A DNA stretch of 64,000 nt. Source: a bacterium (GTDB lineage: Bacteria > Patescibacteriota > Minisyncoccia > Phycocordibacterales > Phycocordibacteraceae). Location of the stretch: assembly GCA_037200965.1 (NCBI GenBank), contig JBBCGK010000001.1, positions 672,001 to 736,000 on the forward strand. Reading direction: 5' to 3'. Shown here piece by piece: positions 63,881-64,000 of the stretch (the first letter of the stretch is position 1; every line of letters begins with the position of its first letter). Below the pieces are notes generated by a model. That model saw only the letters and a program-made list of their open reading frames with translations, was not told the DNA's origin and did no database searches. A program made the translations under genes and the position numbers.

Positions 63881-64000
63881 CGATCAATATATTTATACAA
63901 TTCGTGTTCCCCTAAGCGTCCCAGTCCCGTGGTACCGTAAGCATATGAAAGCCCGCGAACAGGGAGAACACTTCTTCTATACATTGCTCGGGCTCGTGGC

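Overview
This window is a GC-rich bacterial chromosome segment; GC content is judged by eye only, and several visibly AT-richer patches stand out. The conserved backbone is the 3' part of the S10/spc/alpha ribosomal-protein cluster (rplP-end, rpmC, rpsQ, rplN, rplX, rplE ... rpsN, rpsH, rplF, rplR, rpsE, rplO, secY, adk, map), an infC-rpmI-rplT operon, patatin-smpB-ssrA(tmRNA), ftsH, recG, nfi, two tRNAs, a malic enzyme, several MFS and ABC transporters, and many hypothetical membrane or secreted proteins. rpmD (L30) is absent between rpsE and rplO, and infA/rpmJ/rpsM do not follow map; this suggests a Patescibacteria/CPR-like or otherwise reduced lineage, but that assignment is weak. Three accessory regions stand out and are the best candidates for an undescribed system. 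(1) A ~3.9 kb insertion splits the spc operon between rplE and rpsN. It carries a canonical sigma70-like promoter with an orphan small ORF, a translationally coupled two-gene operon with no recognisable domains and a C-terminal transmembrane hairpin, a small membrane protein and a decayed IS30 copy; a second promoter re-primes rpsN. (2) A low-GC island abuts the 3' end of the tmRNA gene. It encodes two unrelated fusions of a nucleotide N-glycosidase-type Rossmannoid domain (NDT-like, LOG-like) to SAM methyltransferases, a TrmB regulator, two P-loop kinases, and two copies of a ~150 bp structured repeat. (3) An AT-rich island lies next to tRNA-Ser. It has an overlapping three-gene operon (EcoRI-methylase-family N6-adenine MTase, DUF262(ParB-like)+HNH nuclease, small membrane protein) bounded by an intact IS30-family element. 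Other notable items are a C16 homopolymer inside an ABC exporter ORF, a tRNA with anticodon UAU, a 15-bp perfect palindrome in a divergent promoter region, and a solo CRISPR-repeat-like hairpin. All calls come from reading the sequence and the supplied translations. No database search was run, so domain and family names are recognition-based inferences.
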